Shown here: positions 1 to 16,488 of the stretch, piece by piece | How positions within the stretch are numbered: position 1 is the first letter of the stretch | How the letters are laid out: every line of letters starts with the position of its first letter | Origin: Chrysomallon squamiferum | Lineage: Eukaryota; Animalia; Mollusca | Reading direction: 5' to 3' | Assembly: GCA_012295275.1 (NCBI GenBank) | Contig: CM022675.1 | Location: forward strand, 9,424,001 to 9,488,000 | Length of the DNA stretch: 64,000 bases | The notes under the pieces: model-generated | What the model saw: only the letters and a program-made list of their open reading frames with translations | Told to the model about the DNA's origin: nothing | The model's database searches: none | Position numbers and translations under genes: made by a program

Positions 1-7
1 TACATAC

Positions 8-52
<45 letters not shown>

Positions 53-371
53 GTGCTTAACGTCCATCTGATTAATGCGGACAAACTATGTTCAACGGTA
101 GTATGAAACAGCGGACGAAACAGTTTTTACTTTCATGCTTGTATTACCTGCTCGATATTTGTTGGTGATGTGTTTAATGCTACCTTTCTCTTTATTATTT
201 ATGAATGTGAATCTTATTTCAGTAACATAATAGTGCGTGCGTGCATGCAGGCATGTATGTTTTGTGTTGTGTGTGTGTGCGTTTGCGTAGTTCTTTATGC
301 GTAAAATCGATGTCTGTGTGTTAAGTGTATATCACTGATTTACGTAAGATACAATGGCGATGTTATTTATT

Positions 372-406
<35 letters not shown>

Positions 407-1829
407 TCTCATCATCATCATTACCATTATCATTATCATTAGTAGTATTAGTTTTAGTATTATTGTAACTGTTGCATAACTTCCAGGTTGTTTGCAGTTT
501 TAACGGTGAACACGTTGTCCCTTGTTAACCTTGATGGGATTGTGTAAACCATAAAATTAAAGCAGTGCCATTACGAAACGTATCTCTGATTGGCACTATC
601 AGTTTTCCAGACAACGTTTATACCTCAAGGCAAGTCTACGCTTCACGCTAAATTTCACAAAATGGATTTATTAAAAAAAAAAAAGAACACCAAAAAAACC
701 CAACAACACTGTATCTTTAAATCGCGCCCGATCGCTTCAGATATCCACTGCACTTGAGCTGGTTTGTAGCACGTCAGATTTCCTGGCTGTTGGCTAATAA
801 TTATTGTTGTTTGGAGTTACACTACCCAATTTGCTAGGCTCAACTAGTCGATGATGAGTCAGCCTCGAGAACAAAAACACTCGGCACGTCTCGTTCAAGT
901 TCTAAGTAAACTTTACGGCTTTTGACCTTGACATTAAAAAAAGATTTGAATTTAGGTCTCGCAGTAGTGTTAATTTTTTTACCCCGCTTTATATAAATAT
1001 ATTTTATTTTTATTATTATTTTTATAAATGTGTTATTACTATTATTTTTTATGTACCTTATTGATTATTATTGCTTTCTATTTTTTTAATTATTATTTTA
1101 TTTTATATATTATTATATTTAATTCAATTTTATTAATTAATTTATTTATTAATTATTAGTTATCGTCGTCATTATTTATTTATTTATTTATTTATCATTA
1201 TTATTATTATTATCGTCATAATCATCATCATCATAATCTTTTCGCCTTTTTATATTTCAATTTCATTTTTTTATAATTTTAGTTTTCAATTTTTATTTTA
1301 TTTATTTATTTCCTTCCTTCTATTGTAATTAGAGCTTTTGAATATTTTTTTCCTTCTAAATTATAAGAATAGAAGAATAAAAAGAACAAATAAAATGCAC
1401 AAATGTTAAACATTATCTAGAAAACAGGTGTACGCAAATGTCTCTCTCTTTTTTTTTTTTTTTTTTTTTTCTAACTTGGCAATTTCAGCTACTTAACCCT
1501 TGTTTGCTAAGCGTTTGTTTACCGGAAGTAATAACATTTACGTCTGCTTTCATCTTCTTAGTTGTCCTCAAAACATTAAAGAGACTTGGTAGAGACATTT
1601 TTGGCGCGAAAACTGAAAAACACATTGACCTTTTTGTAAGTTCTGGGGGGGGGGAATTTGTTTGTTTGTTTGTTCTTTTTGTTCTTTTTGTTCTCTTTTT
1701 CTACGATTTCTTTTGTTTTAGTTTTCATTTAGTTAAAATTGTAAAAAAGCCGATGCCTGCAGTACATACACAGTAGATTTGTATTTTCACTTAAAATTAT
1801 ATTTACAGTTATTTTAACAGAATACATTC

Positions 1830-2253
1830 ACACTACGTTATTTTAATATAAAGTTACATGTACAATACGTTATTTTAATATATAGTTACATTTACAATAC
1901 GTTATTTTAATATACAGCTATATTTACAATATGTTATTTTAATATATAGTTACATTTACAATACGTTATTTTAATATATAGTTACATTTACAATACGTTA
2001 TTTTAATATATAGTTACATTTACAATACGTTATTTAAATATAAAGTTACATACACAGTACATTCTTACATTTATAAACGATCAGTTATTCTATTTATTTA
2101 CTTATTTATTCATTCATTCATTCATTCTTTTAATTTCTTTTATTTATTTTACTCTACTTTATTTAACTTTATTTTACTTTATATATATTTTTTTTTTTTT
2201 CCCTTTTTTATTTATTCCATTAATGCTTTTTGTCAGCATAGTTGATTTTATTG

Positions 2254-2351
<98 letters not shown>

Positions 2352-2906
2352 CCTCCCTCCCTCCCTTTTACAATACATTATTTTAATAAATAGTTACAGT
2401 TACAATATGTTATTTTAATATATAGTTACATTTACAATACGTTATTTTAAAATATAGTTACATTTGCAATACGTTATTTTAACATATAGTTACATTTACA
2501 ATACGTTATTTTAATATATAGTTACATTTACAATACGTTATTTTAATATATAGTTACACTTACAATACGTTATTTTAAAATATAGTTACATTTACAATAC
2601 GTTATTTTAATAAATAGTTACATTTACAATACGTTATTTTAATAAATAGTTACAGTTACAATACGTTATTTTAACATATAGTTACATACACAGTACGTTA
2701 TTTTAAGATATACTTACATTTATAAACGCTCATTTATTCTATTTATTTACTTATTTATTCATGCATTCATTCATTCTTTTGATTTATTTTAATTATTTTA
2801 CTCTACTTTATTTAACTTTATTTTACTTTAGATTTATTTTAATTTTTTATCCCCTTTTTTATTTATTCCATTAATGCTTTTTGTCAGCATAGTTGATTTT
2901 ATTGGG

Positions 2907-2985
<79 letters not shown>
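1830..2985. repeat. 32-bp minisatellite nested in a larger tandem duplication
   Basis: Unit TTTACAATACGTTATTTTAATATATAGTTACA in two arrays (about 1830-2060 and 2368-2720). Each is followed by the same ~190-bp segment (ending TTGTCAGCATAGTTGATTTTATTGGGT) and a (CT)n tract. Confidence 0.9.
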
Positions 2986-2999
<14 letters not shown>

Positions 3000-3434
3000 C
3001 TGTCTCTCTCTCTCTCTCGAAGGTTTTTGCCACCATTTCGTCAATGAAATTATTTCAAAGTTACTGGGCTAAATATGAAACCAATACCCCGTGTGATTCA
3101 TCTAAAGCTGAAACGCTTTGCAGTGAGACAAGCAGGACGACACCCTGTTGTAAACTTATATCTCACACGGTAGTATTTGCAGATATAAAATAATTAAATA
3201 AATAAATAATAAAACAGAAAACCTGGGTGAATAATGTCTTCGAAGTAGGAGGGAGTTAGATTACAAAAATATATTACACAATGTTACGTGTCAAGTTTTT
3301 AATTTTTTTTTTTTTTAATTTTTTTTTTTTTTTTTAAATTCCTTTCACATTTGGCACACTAAGTAGCTACAATGAAATCTATGAGAAAGCAAATGGAAAG
3401 AGAAAGAAAAAAGTGTGTGTGTGTGTGCGGGAGG

Positions 3435-3572
<138 letters not shown>

Positions 3573-3696
3573 TAACTTGTAAGAAAGAACTTGCAGAAAA
3601 AGGGTTAAAGAGAAAAAAGAAAACAATATATTTAAAAAGTGATAGACAGACAGACAGTCAGATAGATAGGTATGTACGTATGTATATATATATTTG

Positions 3697-3772
<76 letters not shown>

Positions 3773-4409
3773 ATATATGTGTGTGTATCTAAGAAGAAAA
3801 AAAACAACAAAACAACACAGCTCACGAAACAAACAGATTTTTAAAACACAAACAGGCAAATTCAAAACATAAATCCATACCACCGAAATCCAAATAACAC
3901 TATTTCACCGCCGCGTTCCCGTTTCGGGGGTGGGCGTCCCTCGAGAACCTCACCTGCGCCATTGAATTAGGCCCAACGAGGATCATTCATACGGTGTCCT
4001 AGATAAGAACTTGAATTGGAGTGTTGGCGCTCGCCCAAACTGTGTATACTATGCGGATCGACAGGTTGATAGCGGTTACACTAACGCAGTACACCTGCAG
4101 TCGCTCAATTGCTCGTTGCTTGGAATCTAACGTGTCATACGGCTAGTATCACATTGTGGTTGATCGTGCACAGGCATAAGTAGGCCATTATCAACGACGA
4201 CAAGTTCAGATTTCCTCCCATAATTATGTGTTTCGTTATTGTGCGGTGTCGTCTGTGTGTGTACACGTGTTGTATGTGTGTGTGTGTTTGTGTGTGTGTT
4301 TGTGCGTGCGTGCAGAATGAAATAAATGAAATAAAAGTTAAATATTTAGCTTGTGTTTAGAATATGATTACGTGCAAGATCTCTCTCTATCTCATTCTTT
4401 CTCTCTATT

Positions 4410-4466
<57 letters not shown>

Positions 4467-5179
4467 CGAAACTTTCATTTTATCAATATTTGAATAATCA
4501 GTAAAATGAATAATCAGAAGTACGACATTTCTAGTAGGCTTGATGACGTCATTTTAATCCCAAATTGTTGCTATAATTACGTCACAGCAGGAATTTCTTG
4601 TACAAGTACTAATAATTACCAAGTGAATAACGAACTGTCATCACCACCATCATCATCATCATCATCATCATCATCATTATTACTAAATATGACGCCAAGA
4701 ACTGCACAAGAAGATGAAAAAGAACAATAATAATAATAATATCTAGAATAACAACAACAATGATAATAAAAATAAATAAATAAATAAATACTACTATTAC
4801 AACTACTACTACTACTACTACTAATGAAAATAATAATAATAACAACTACTAACTACTACTACTATATTATTAGAACTACAAGAATAATATTTTTGAAAAA
4901 AATAAAAATAAAAAAAATAAAAAAATACCAGCAATAAAATAAATAAATGAATAAATAAATAAATAAATAAATAAATAATAAAATAAATCCACCATTAAAT
5001 TAAACTTCGATTAAAAGAAGAATTATCAGAATCACTTCCCAGTATTTCAGCATTAACATGACGTTTAGAAAAGATTATCGTAAAAGTTAATTCATGAATG
5101 AATAGTTGTTAGACAATTTAGTTATAAAATGTGTGGATTTTTCTATTAAAAAAAATTATACAAACCAACAAACAAAGAG

Positions 5180-5218
<39 letters not shown>

Positions 5219-5687
5219 TAAATTAAATCGGTACCAAGACACACTGCGCTACATTAATCTGCAAGCTGAAATAAATTTGGCCTTCTCATAAACACGAAAA
5301 CATTTAAAAGACAACAACAAATCAGTTGAAGTTACTCTTTGGAATGGGATATTACCCAAAATGTGGCACGTGGAGGAATGACCCCTCAACCAATCGCTAT
5401 GCAAACCAGATTGAACTACATTGCAATTCCTCGAAAAAACAAAAACGATGACTAAGTTTTCGAAAAAAACAATGACGAATGACGTCATTATAACGTAAAC
5501 GCTTCTGCCTCGTTATCGACTGATGACGACGCTGTTGTACACGTATATCCAGGGTAGTATAAAGAAGACAGGTACAAAAAAAAACAGTCACGTGACATAG
5601 GCATTCATCTTTTTGTTTTTTAGCACTTGTGAACCAGTTTTAAGTGACACAAAAAAAAACCAAGAAACTTTTATTATTACTGACCGT

Positions 5688-5724
<37 letters not shown>

Positions 5725-6872
5725 ATGTATGTATGTATGTATGTGTGTGTGTATGTATGTATGCGTAAATCTTAACGATAACAGAAATACATACATAATT
5801 ATAATCACATTGACGTATATAACACACATGCACACACTCAAACTTTAACTATTTATTAAATTATTCGAGTTAAGCTATATTCGAGTTTCTTTGCACGCAG
5901 AATGAGACGTGAATTACCAGCTTTGGTGAAAGAAATCTTCATAATGTTCTGTTTCATTACTTAAAATTAGGTCAGTCAGATTTAAAATCGTTCTTGTCTG
6001 ACATAAAAGTTTTCATCTTGAAATTAACTTTCTTCTTTTTAAATTTAGAGACATAAAACATTCATACATGCACATATGCACACACACACACGCACACTCA
6101 TACACACTTATAAAAATGTTATTAAAGTTTGTATTAACACACACACACACACACACATACAACTTTGCTTTCTGCCATATCTTGACCCAAATTTGACACT
6201 TATCCATTTCACTATTCACGCTTCCATATTCCTCTTCGTCTGCCAACTTTTTTTTTTCTTTTTTTTTTTTTTTGTCACCTCTTCTTATCCAAAAGGTGTT
6301 GCTGATCTCCTATTAACTACAGTGACCTTGTAAAATGTCAGGTGTTTGTTTGGGACACCTGTGCATTCATCCTTCCTTCGACTACGTCATGACCTTCATT
6401 CACCTTTGCCGCTCAGTGAATTAGCGCTAAAGTCTCAACTGGGATTCGCGTTTTGATACGCTTAACGACGAAGTACCAGTCTCGTTGAATTTTTCTGTGT
6501 ATGTGTGTGTGTGACCCTATGTTTTTATTTTATTATTATTATTTTTATTTTTGTTTAAGTATTTATTTACTAACTTACTTATTTATATATAAAAAAATAT
6601 ATATATATATATATATATCAGATCATTAATATTCATTTGCTCTTCTACACACATTCTTTGCAATACCCAACAGTGAAAGATGTATGCATTAGTGTCAGTA
6701 TATGTGTATGCGTGTATGTACCTGTGAGTGTATGTGAGTGTATGTGTGTGTACATAGGTATGTATGTAAGTATATTAGTAGGTGTTAAACTTTCAGTGAG
6801 TTTTCATTTTCTTTCGGTATTTACTTGGAACAGAATTCTTCGTTAATATTTCTTAATTAACCTCTATCATAA

Positions 6873-7110
6873 GCACATCATCTAATTAGCAAACTGTCAT
6901 TATCATTATGTGACGTCATTTAATAGCGTAGAACAAACACATCATATAATTAGCAAACTGTGATTATGTGACGTCATTTTATAGTGTGGAACAAACACAT
7001 CATTTAATTAGCAAACTGTTATTATGTGACGTCATTTTATAGTGCGGAACAAACACGTCATTTAATTACCAAAGTGTTATTATGTGACGTCATTTGATAG
7101 CGTAGAACAA
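6873..7110. repeat. 58-bp tandem repeat x4, each unit with a palindromic CRE (TGACGTCA)
   Basis: TGACGTCA at 6911, 6969, 7027 and 7085 (period 58), with shared flanks GAACAAACACATCATTTAATTAGCAAACTG. Confidence 0.9.
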
Positions 7111-7288
7111 GAAGGCAGGTCACGAGAGAAAATTAAAGGTCCATTACTCAAAAATGAAACTTATATACAATCTTGTTCTTATGAGGATTTGAAGAATACA
7201 TACGCACATTCATAGACGCGCATTAATACATTCACATAAACAATACACACAAACTCATACATTATCATGAACACGCACACACACACAC

Positions 7289-7371
<83 letters not shown>

Positions 7372-8391
7372 AGAGAGTAGATATCCATTAGCCAATTAAT
7401 GCAATAAAAAGGAGTTTAAGAAATTAAATTCAAAATATAAACAGAATATATTAAGAAACCAAATTAATACCAGAGTGCCATGTATTAATAGTAGCCAAGC
7501 GCTGAAGCAAGAACACAACAAACCAAGCTATGTTCAAACACGAAATTAAAGTCACTGAATTGGAACAAATTTATTTTATGAATGATTTCTGTTTGATTTT
7601 CGTTGTCGTTGTTTTATTGCCCCTGTCTTGCATCAGCTTTAACTTAGCATCCTTACCAAATACACATATATCCTGTTAACCCAAAGTGTGTATGTGTGTG
7701 TATATGTATGTATGTGTGTATGTACGTATGTATGCTTTTTAGTTTGTGTGTATATGTGTATGAGTTTGTGTATGTGTGTGGGGGTGTATGTGTGCATGTT
7801 TGTATGTATGTGTGTGCGTGTTTGCGCGTATGCACTTATGCATCTAGGCAAGTATGTTTGAATGTATATACATATGTATGAATATGTGTTATATGTTTGT
7901 GTATATGTATGTGTATATATGTGTGTATGCGTCAACAAAAGACCGGTTATACTGAGAGAAAACAAAATCGAGTTAAGGTCACTTCTGGAAACACATTCGT
8001 TACAATTATCAAACACTTGAAACCAGTCTATTATCCTGTAAAAATGAATGAAAACGAGGCGTCGACTGGTTCGCATCGGTGATCCGCAACAAGACGCAGT
8101 CGATTTACTCTTTTTTTTTTTTAAAATAAAATAAAATAAAATAAAATAAAATAACGAAAAGAATAGAAAAAAAAAAAAGAAGAAGAAGAGAGAAAACAGA
8201 AAAGAAAGCCGAATATAGAAAAGTAAGTGAAAATCGTTTCGTCAAGCCTGTCCACTTTTTTTTTGCTTATCGAACCAGTGTCAGAAAATTACCCTGAAAA
8301 TTGCATAATGATCAGATTTGAAAGCTGATAGGATCTGAAAAATGCTGAGCTTGAGGCGATTTCTTTCTTGCATTTATATTTAATATATTTG

Positions 8392-8423
<32 letters not shown>

Positions 8424-8817
8424 TAATGTCTCTATTGATATTGTACGCCCACTCAAGGTGATCATAGCATAAGTAATGTATTGCACTGGGAGTAGATGAC
8501 TGGGTGAGTTATTTCGATCTCTAGATAATGAAACTAACGATGCTTGCGAACAATTCAAGGTATCCACCCAAATAAAGTGAAAAAAAAAAAGAGAGAAGAA
8601 ATTCCACTCTACTTATGAGTATTACAGTTTAAAGTGAAGCGTTTTCGTTTCTGTAACATATAATACAGGTACAGGATGAACCCTACCCTCGGGCCGAGTA
8701 GGCGGCGTGCCCCCGGGGTGCGGATTTCGGAAGGAATGTATTACTGTTCTTTTTAATCTGTCATCTGAATGTGTATGTGCGTACGTATGAATGTATGTAT
8801 GTGTGTGTATGTATTTA

Positions 8818-8848
<31 letters not shown>

Positions 8849-9179
8849 ATGTATGTATGTATGTATGTATGTATGTATGTATGTATGTATGTGTGTGTGT
8901 GTATGTATGTATGTATGTATGTGTGTGTGTATGTATGTATGTATTTATGTATGTATGTATTTATGTACGTACGTATGTATGTATGTATGTATTTGTATGT
9001 ATTTATGTGTGTGTGTATGTATGTATGTATTTATGTATGTGTGTGTGTGTGTGTGTGTATGTATCGGCCTGTTTGTATATCTATCTCTTGGTCTATCTGT
9101 CTGTCTATCTGTCCGTCTGTCTGTCTATTTAAGTATTTCTATCTGTTAATCTATGTCTTAGTCTGTTTTTGTATATCAG

Positions 9180-9223
<44 letters not shown>

Positions 9224-10320
9224 AATCCACCCTTGTTCTCTCTCTCACACTCTCTCTCTACATCCACCCTTGTTCTCTCTCACACGCCGGCCACGAAATT
9301 GGCGCCAAAAATAACGTGACTAACGCTGTTTAAAACAAACAAACATCACCGGGGAGATGTTAACTCATTCCCGCCCACTCTGCTACGCAAACTGACAGCC
9401 GCGTTTTAGCGGCATTTCCCCCCCCCACCCCCACCCCTCACGTGCGAAGTGATGAGTAACGTTACGTCATCATATCGGCAGTCGGTTACTTGGTTACCGA
9501 TTTACATAAACAAAGAGTGTAATTTAACGAAAATTTTAAAGCGTTTCAAAGTTGCCGATAAACAATTCAACCTTGTAGTTTTCCGAACACGATAGAAAAG
9601 GAACAAACACTAAATCAGGTTGTTATGAAGATATTTAAGAAAGCATTAAAATTATCTAAAATACTGTCACTCCAGAATATGCAATTATGATGTCTACATT
9701 CAGACACTGAAAATGTGAACCACTTTTTATAAAAGACGTGAATATTTAAGAAAAAAAAAAAAAAATTGTCAAAAATCTTTCACACAAATTTCGTTACCCA
9801 TATTTCCTTGTTAATAAAATGCTGAGGGTTGTTTTGTTGTTTGGGTATAGGCTTGAGAGTCTTGTTCATTAAAGGAATTAAGCAGACAAATCGCTCCACC
9901 AAATAAAGAACGGCCAGGCACCACAAGACACCATCAAAAAAGAGCTATCGATCTGTCAATCCTTGCGGTGTCCGTACCGGGTGACTTTTCCTGTTTGTGG
10001 AAAAATGTTCACGTCATTGGAAATACGTTTTACCAGCAAACATGCATAATTCCTGACAATTTCAGAAAATATGCGTGTGATGTGTGATTCACTCAGGAAT
10101 TTTGGCTATGCAGTGGCTGCAAATGGATTATCTTCTGATTCAAATCGATGGAGAATTTCATGAGGGAGGCTAGATGATGACAGACCAGAGCAAGCACCAG
10201 AATCCAACAGTGCTGCAAATTAGGGATTACTTAATTTTGCTGCGAAAACTGGAGTTCTTCTGAAACTGAACAAATTTGAGTCCAACAGTCCAATCAGTTT
10301 ATATATACACACACACACAC

Positions 10321-10361
<41 letters not shown>

Positions 10362-10852
10362 TTTCCTTTTTTGCAGACGTTTGGCTCCATGTCGCAAACG
10401 CACAGATAACGATCAAAGAAGCAGTGTCACGGTTTCTTTTTTTTTTTTCCTTATATATATATAGTTTTTTTAATTTCAGGAATTATACATATTTCCTGAT
10501 ACTATATATTTTCCCTCGCTGTTCATCATTCATAAGAGTAATTCATTCATTGATTGACTTCAGCGGGTTTCTTATCTCGTTTCATTATTTTGCACATTAA
10601 AAACCCCCAGAAAAGCCCCCAGCAAACAACCTAGACTTATCATCATTTATACAGTTATTCATTATTAAATTATTAAACTTTTAAGTATTTTATTTCTTTA
10701 ATTCTTTATCTCTCCGTATGCATTATATGTATTTATCTCTCCAGCTATCCATCTATTTATCTATCTGTCTCTGTTTGTCTGTATGTCAGTTTGTATATCC
10801 ATGTATCCGTGAATCATATCTCTCTCTCTTCTTATCCTCTGTCTCACAGCTC

Positions 10853-10934
<82 letters not shown>

Positions 10935-11248
10935 CCTCTCTCTCTATTTATCTATCTCTGCATCCATCTCTATCTCTCTCTCTCTCTCATAGATAAGTAA
11001 ACCCATCATTCGAAATACAAAAAAAAAGAAGAAAAAAACTTCTCCGGCTTGCAAAACTGAATTATCCGGGAGTCAAATTAGCTCGGTGGGGTGTCGCGTA
11101 TCAATGAAAAACAACATTATCTTTCTTTTACCTTGTCCACACAGGGTGCCGTCTCACGAAAACAAACTGCGTGAAGTCTACTTCTGTCACGTGACTCGTT
11201 TTTTTCGGATTTACGTGAGCTTGGTGGTCGCTTTACTTCCCTTTTTAA

Positions 11249-11347
<99 letters not shown>

Positions 11348-11387
11348 ATTCTTTCTCTCTATCTGTTTCTTTCTCTCGCTATCTCAT

Positions 11388-11467
<80 letters not shown>

Positions 11468-11604
11468 TCTTTCAGCTTGTTCTATCACTCTTTCTCTGTT
11501 TCCTCTCTATTTTTCTGTCTTTCTTGTGTTTCGTGTCTCTCTGTTTCTCTTATTTCTCTCTCTCTGTCTATCTCTTTCACTTTCACGCGCTTTGTTTTCG
11601 TCTG

Positions 11605-11698
<94 letters not shown>

Positions 11699-11811
11699 AC
11701 AATGAACTTTTATTTTAGCATTCACACGTGCTTCTTAAATAACACAGATCAAACTTTACTTGTACTGCATACAATGTAAAAAGTATACACACAAATACAT
11801 ATACACTCATG

Positions 11812-11842
<31 letters not shown>

Positions 11843-12103
11843 TCATTTCTAACTTCTACGAAAACAGCTGTTTTCCAAAAAAAAAAATCCCCACTTAAAA
11901 ATCCCCACCCCCAAAAACCCCACCCAAAAAAAAATAAAAAAATCGTTTCTTTTCACACATACGTTACTAGTCGCGTTTTCACCGTAGTCGCCGCCGCTGC
12001 TCGAAACAGTAGCCGTATTGTAGTCGCTATCTCCGTAAATACAAGACTTATCAACGGAGTCGTGTCAGGTTCGACAGACCTCACCTTTTTGTCGAGTATC
12101 AAA

Positions 12104-12135
<32 letters not shown>

Positions 12136-12368
12136 GGTTTGTTCTTCCACGCTGAATAGTATCGTATTATTAGCAACGAGACACAACAGTGGAGATGGTC
12201 GCATCCCCCCCCCCCAAAAAAAAAAAAAAAAAAAAATTAGAACAGGTTCAGCACAGCGTATTCGCTTTGACGTACGTATTCATCAAACACTGCATCCTTT
12301 CACCGGCAGGCGTCATAAGGTCCAATAAGGTCCCATTCAGAGAGAGGAGACTTTGGGAGGGGGAGGAG

Positions 12369-12520
<152 letters not shown>

Positions 12521-12855
12521 AGAAAAGAGAAAGAGAGAGAGAGAGAGAGAGATGGATTTCTGACGATAAAAATAATGGATACGGAGAGAAAGAATTTCAT
12601 ATCAAGGGAGGGGACTTAAAGAGAGAGAGCAATTTACTAACGTAAAAGAATCTCATTAGAGAGAAGAGAGAAGAGAGAGAGAGTAAATGAGAGAGAGAGA
12701 GAGAGAGAGAGATTTACTAAGAGAGAAATGAGAGAGAGACTAACAATGTAACGACTAGTAAGGAGGGAGGATAAGGGATGAGAGGGAGGAGAGAACAATG
12801 AAATTAAAACTTAAACGTAAATGACAAAAGAAGATTACAAGGACAGATTTCATAT

Positions 12856-13015
12856 AACGTAAATGACTGCCACTAACAATGTAACTTACTAACGTAAAAT
12901 AACTGTCATTAGCAGTGTAACTTACTAATATAAATAACTGTCACTAACAATGTAACTTACTAACGTAAATGACTCTCACGAACAATGTAACTTACTAATA
13001 TAAATGACTCTCACT
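12856..13015. repeat. ~35-bp minisatellite (about 4.5 copies)
   Basis: Unit approximately ACGTAAATGACTGTCACTAACAATGTAACTTACTA; decayed copies at about 12630-12760. Confidence 0.8.
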
Positions 13016-13099
13016 GTGTAAATATATGCTACGAATATTTAAGGGGATACCTTAATATTTCAATAATATATCAGATATAAGCTTTCTTATAAAATATAC

Positions 13100-13203
<104 letters not shown>

Positions 13204-14250
13204 GAGAATAACAGAGAGTAAAGGAGTATGAGGAAAATTTAAAATTTTAATTGTTTTTAACGCACGTTGTTAAAATGTGTTTTTAATTGGGTTGTGTATG
13301 GATCACAAATCACGTAAGACATGTTGTTTTCTGCTTCACGTAAATACCCAGAGAGATGTTTTTTAAAAACATGTGACACAACAGCACTGAGATAAAAAAG
13401 AAAAAAAAAATTGAAAAAAAAAAGGGCGAATCAAAAACAGGGGTCGCTATGTTACATAATTAATATGATGGGAAAACTGCATGTAGTAATAGTAGTAGTA
13501 GTAATAGTGGGAGCAGTAGTGGTGGTGGTTGTAGTAGTAGTAACAACAGTAGTAGTAGCAGCAGCAGCAGCAGCAGTAGTGCTAGTAGTAGTAGTAGTAG
13601 TTGCTGTTGTTGTTAAAATAGAAGTAAAAATCATAGTGGAAGTAATAGTAATAATAAAAGTAATAATCATATTAGTAGCTGTAGTAGTATAATAATGAAA
13701 GTGGTAGCAGTAATAGAAGTAGTAGCAGCAGCAGTAGTAGTAATTGTAGTAATAATCGTAGTATGATAGTAGTTATAATCTTAGTAGTAATAGTAGTTGC
13801 TGTTGTTGTTGTTGTAGTTATTATAGTAGAATTAATTACAGTAGTAGAGGTTGCAGTAGCTATAGTAATTAATATTTATAGTAGTAATTATAGTGGTAAT
13901 AGTAGTAGTAGTAGTTGTCTTAGTAGTACTAGTATTATAGTAGTTATGCTAGTACAAGAAGTAGCACTACTAGTTAAAGCAGTAACCTACTACTATTAGT
14001 AGACATCACAGCAAAAGAAGCAGTAGTAATTTTAGCGAGATCATTCAAAATATTATCACCGTCAGTCACAACGACGCCACAGTTTCTCTTTGAACACCTC
14101 AACCCTCCACCACCCTAAGTGACGTCGTCATCCTCGGAGAGGTTTAAAATGTAAACAGGTTCCGTGAACGTCCTATTAATTCAGTTGGGAAACACAACTG
14201 AGGTGGTGGTGGGGGGAGAAATTCAATCAGCCATTTCAGCCGCATCCGCC

Positions 14251-14282
<32 letters not shown>

Positions 14283-14401
14283 CGAGAGCGAGACTTTTTT
14301 TTTTTTTTAATTTCATTCTTCCACCCACAGCGTTTCTGATTGACAGATTGAATACTGAAAAGTGACACCGCACAGTCCCCAGCAGAGTCTGTCACACAAA
14401 A

Positions 14402-14446
<45 letters not shown>

Positions 14447-14483
14447 TAGTTTTCCCCTCATTGATTTTAAAAGGAGCAAGCTA

Positions 14484-14543
<60 letters not shown>

Positions 14544-16239
14544 ACACGTGGTTCACTCTCTACAAGCTAGAATTCACTGTAACACTAACATTTCTTTTGC
14601 TACCGATCGATTCCGGGTATCGGATAATACAGCCGGAGGAGAGGAGGGTAGGGGGTAGGAGATCACGTGAGACAAGTGGGGTGTTGTTTTGTTGGATTTG
14701 CACGTGTGGATGTTTTTGTGGGTAAACATGTTTACAAAGATGATGTGGTGTGGATGTATTATATGTACACAAGCAATGTTATTGGAGGATATTATGTACG
14801 TAACAATTTTTATTTTTATTTATTGGACATAATATTTATATTTATTGATGTACATACACATATATACTCAGACGTACAGACTGACAGACGTACACACACA
14901 CACGCACATATATGCACATACGTACATGTACATACCTAGATATATACATATAATAGTCATGCGTGCACACACACCAATACACATACACAATCACACACAC
15001 AAACACAAACAAAATCACACACATATATACACATACATGCATGTATGTATTTATTATATATTATATTATATATATATATATATATATATAACTTAAGGAT
15101 TTTATTTATTTATTTATTTAATACTCTTTCAGAAACATTAATGACTTTGGTCAAAATGATTGTCTTTACGTACACCATATCAACATTAAATGTTATGACA
15201 TGGTTTTTTTTTTTTTTTTTTTCATAATTTTTTTATTTTTTTTAAAATTATTATTAGTTTTCAAACTGATTTTTTAACTTCACGAAAAGCAATAAATGTC
15301 ACGTTTTACATTAATTTGTAATAAAACTACGAGAATTTTCCATATCATTTCATTTCCGGCACGATTTAAAACTTGTGAATGACGATAAAAATGTTCTCTT
15401 GGTCCAGAGTTGCTTCCCCTGTCTTATTTTGTTTTATTTGGAGTAAACTATGATGAGAAACCACACAAAGATCTCTTTTTCTAATGAAAAGCGAACGCAC
15501 TCAACAATCATCAATTTAGCGTCACAGTTATGAGAAAGCAATCTTGCTTACGAAATATTTTAAAATTTTACATGTATTGGTAAGCAGACTGTTGCAAATG
15601 GATAACAAAACCCATTTTACACTGCTCATTAAATATTTGTTTTTAATCAGTTCTAAATATATATTTTTATATCGTTATAGCACATGTGTAGAGTATATGA
15701 TATATTTATAATAGAAAAGAATAATAATAAAAAAACAACAACCTAAAACTAAAAAAAAAGATAGAACCATAATAATAATCTTTACCTGGAAGGTTTTGGG
15801 AACGAATCTTGTCTATAAGTCTTTCTTTTGTTTAAGATCTTTCTAATGTAAAGCAAAAAACATCCTGAATTTTTAAATGAAATCTTTGAGTTTAAAAAAT
15901 AAAAAAAGAAGAAGAAGAAGAACCTTATGATCATTGTGTAGTTAGAGCTATATGTTGAAGAGTCCCTGAATTAAACGGATTGGCAAGTGTTGAGAAAAAA
16001 GCAATGAGTATATATAAATCTATCTATAATAAATAAATATATATATATATATATATATAGATTATAATAAATAAATATATATATACACACACACATACAC
16101 ACATATATAGAGAGATAAATAAATAAATAAATAAATAAATAAACAAAATAAACAAAATAAAATAAAAAGTAAGAAAGAAAAGAAAAAATCCTCTAGTTCA
16201 ATATAAACCTTACATTTTTTTTTTTTTTAATACATTTGT

Positions 16240-16271
<32 letters not shown>

Positions 16272-16443
16272 TAGAAACAGAATTATTCTCAGCACCTCCA
16301 ATTCACGATGGGCGCATTATAAACAATTTATTTTTTTTCGGGGGGGGGGGTGGGGGAGTGGGGGAGTGGTATTCTTTAAGCCTCAAGACGTAGCACACCC
16401 TTACAGAAAGTGTTCGTACACCGCGCATTAATATCAGACTGCG

Positions 16444-16488
<45 letters not shown>

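Noticed and set aside
9880-10290. Coding-like, repeat-free stretch (possible transposase relic or exon)
   Set aside because: The plus-strand frames tried are interrupted by stops and no recognisable motif was found; a BLASTX would be needed.
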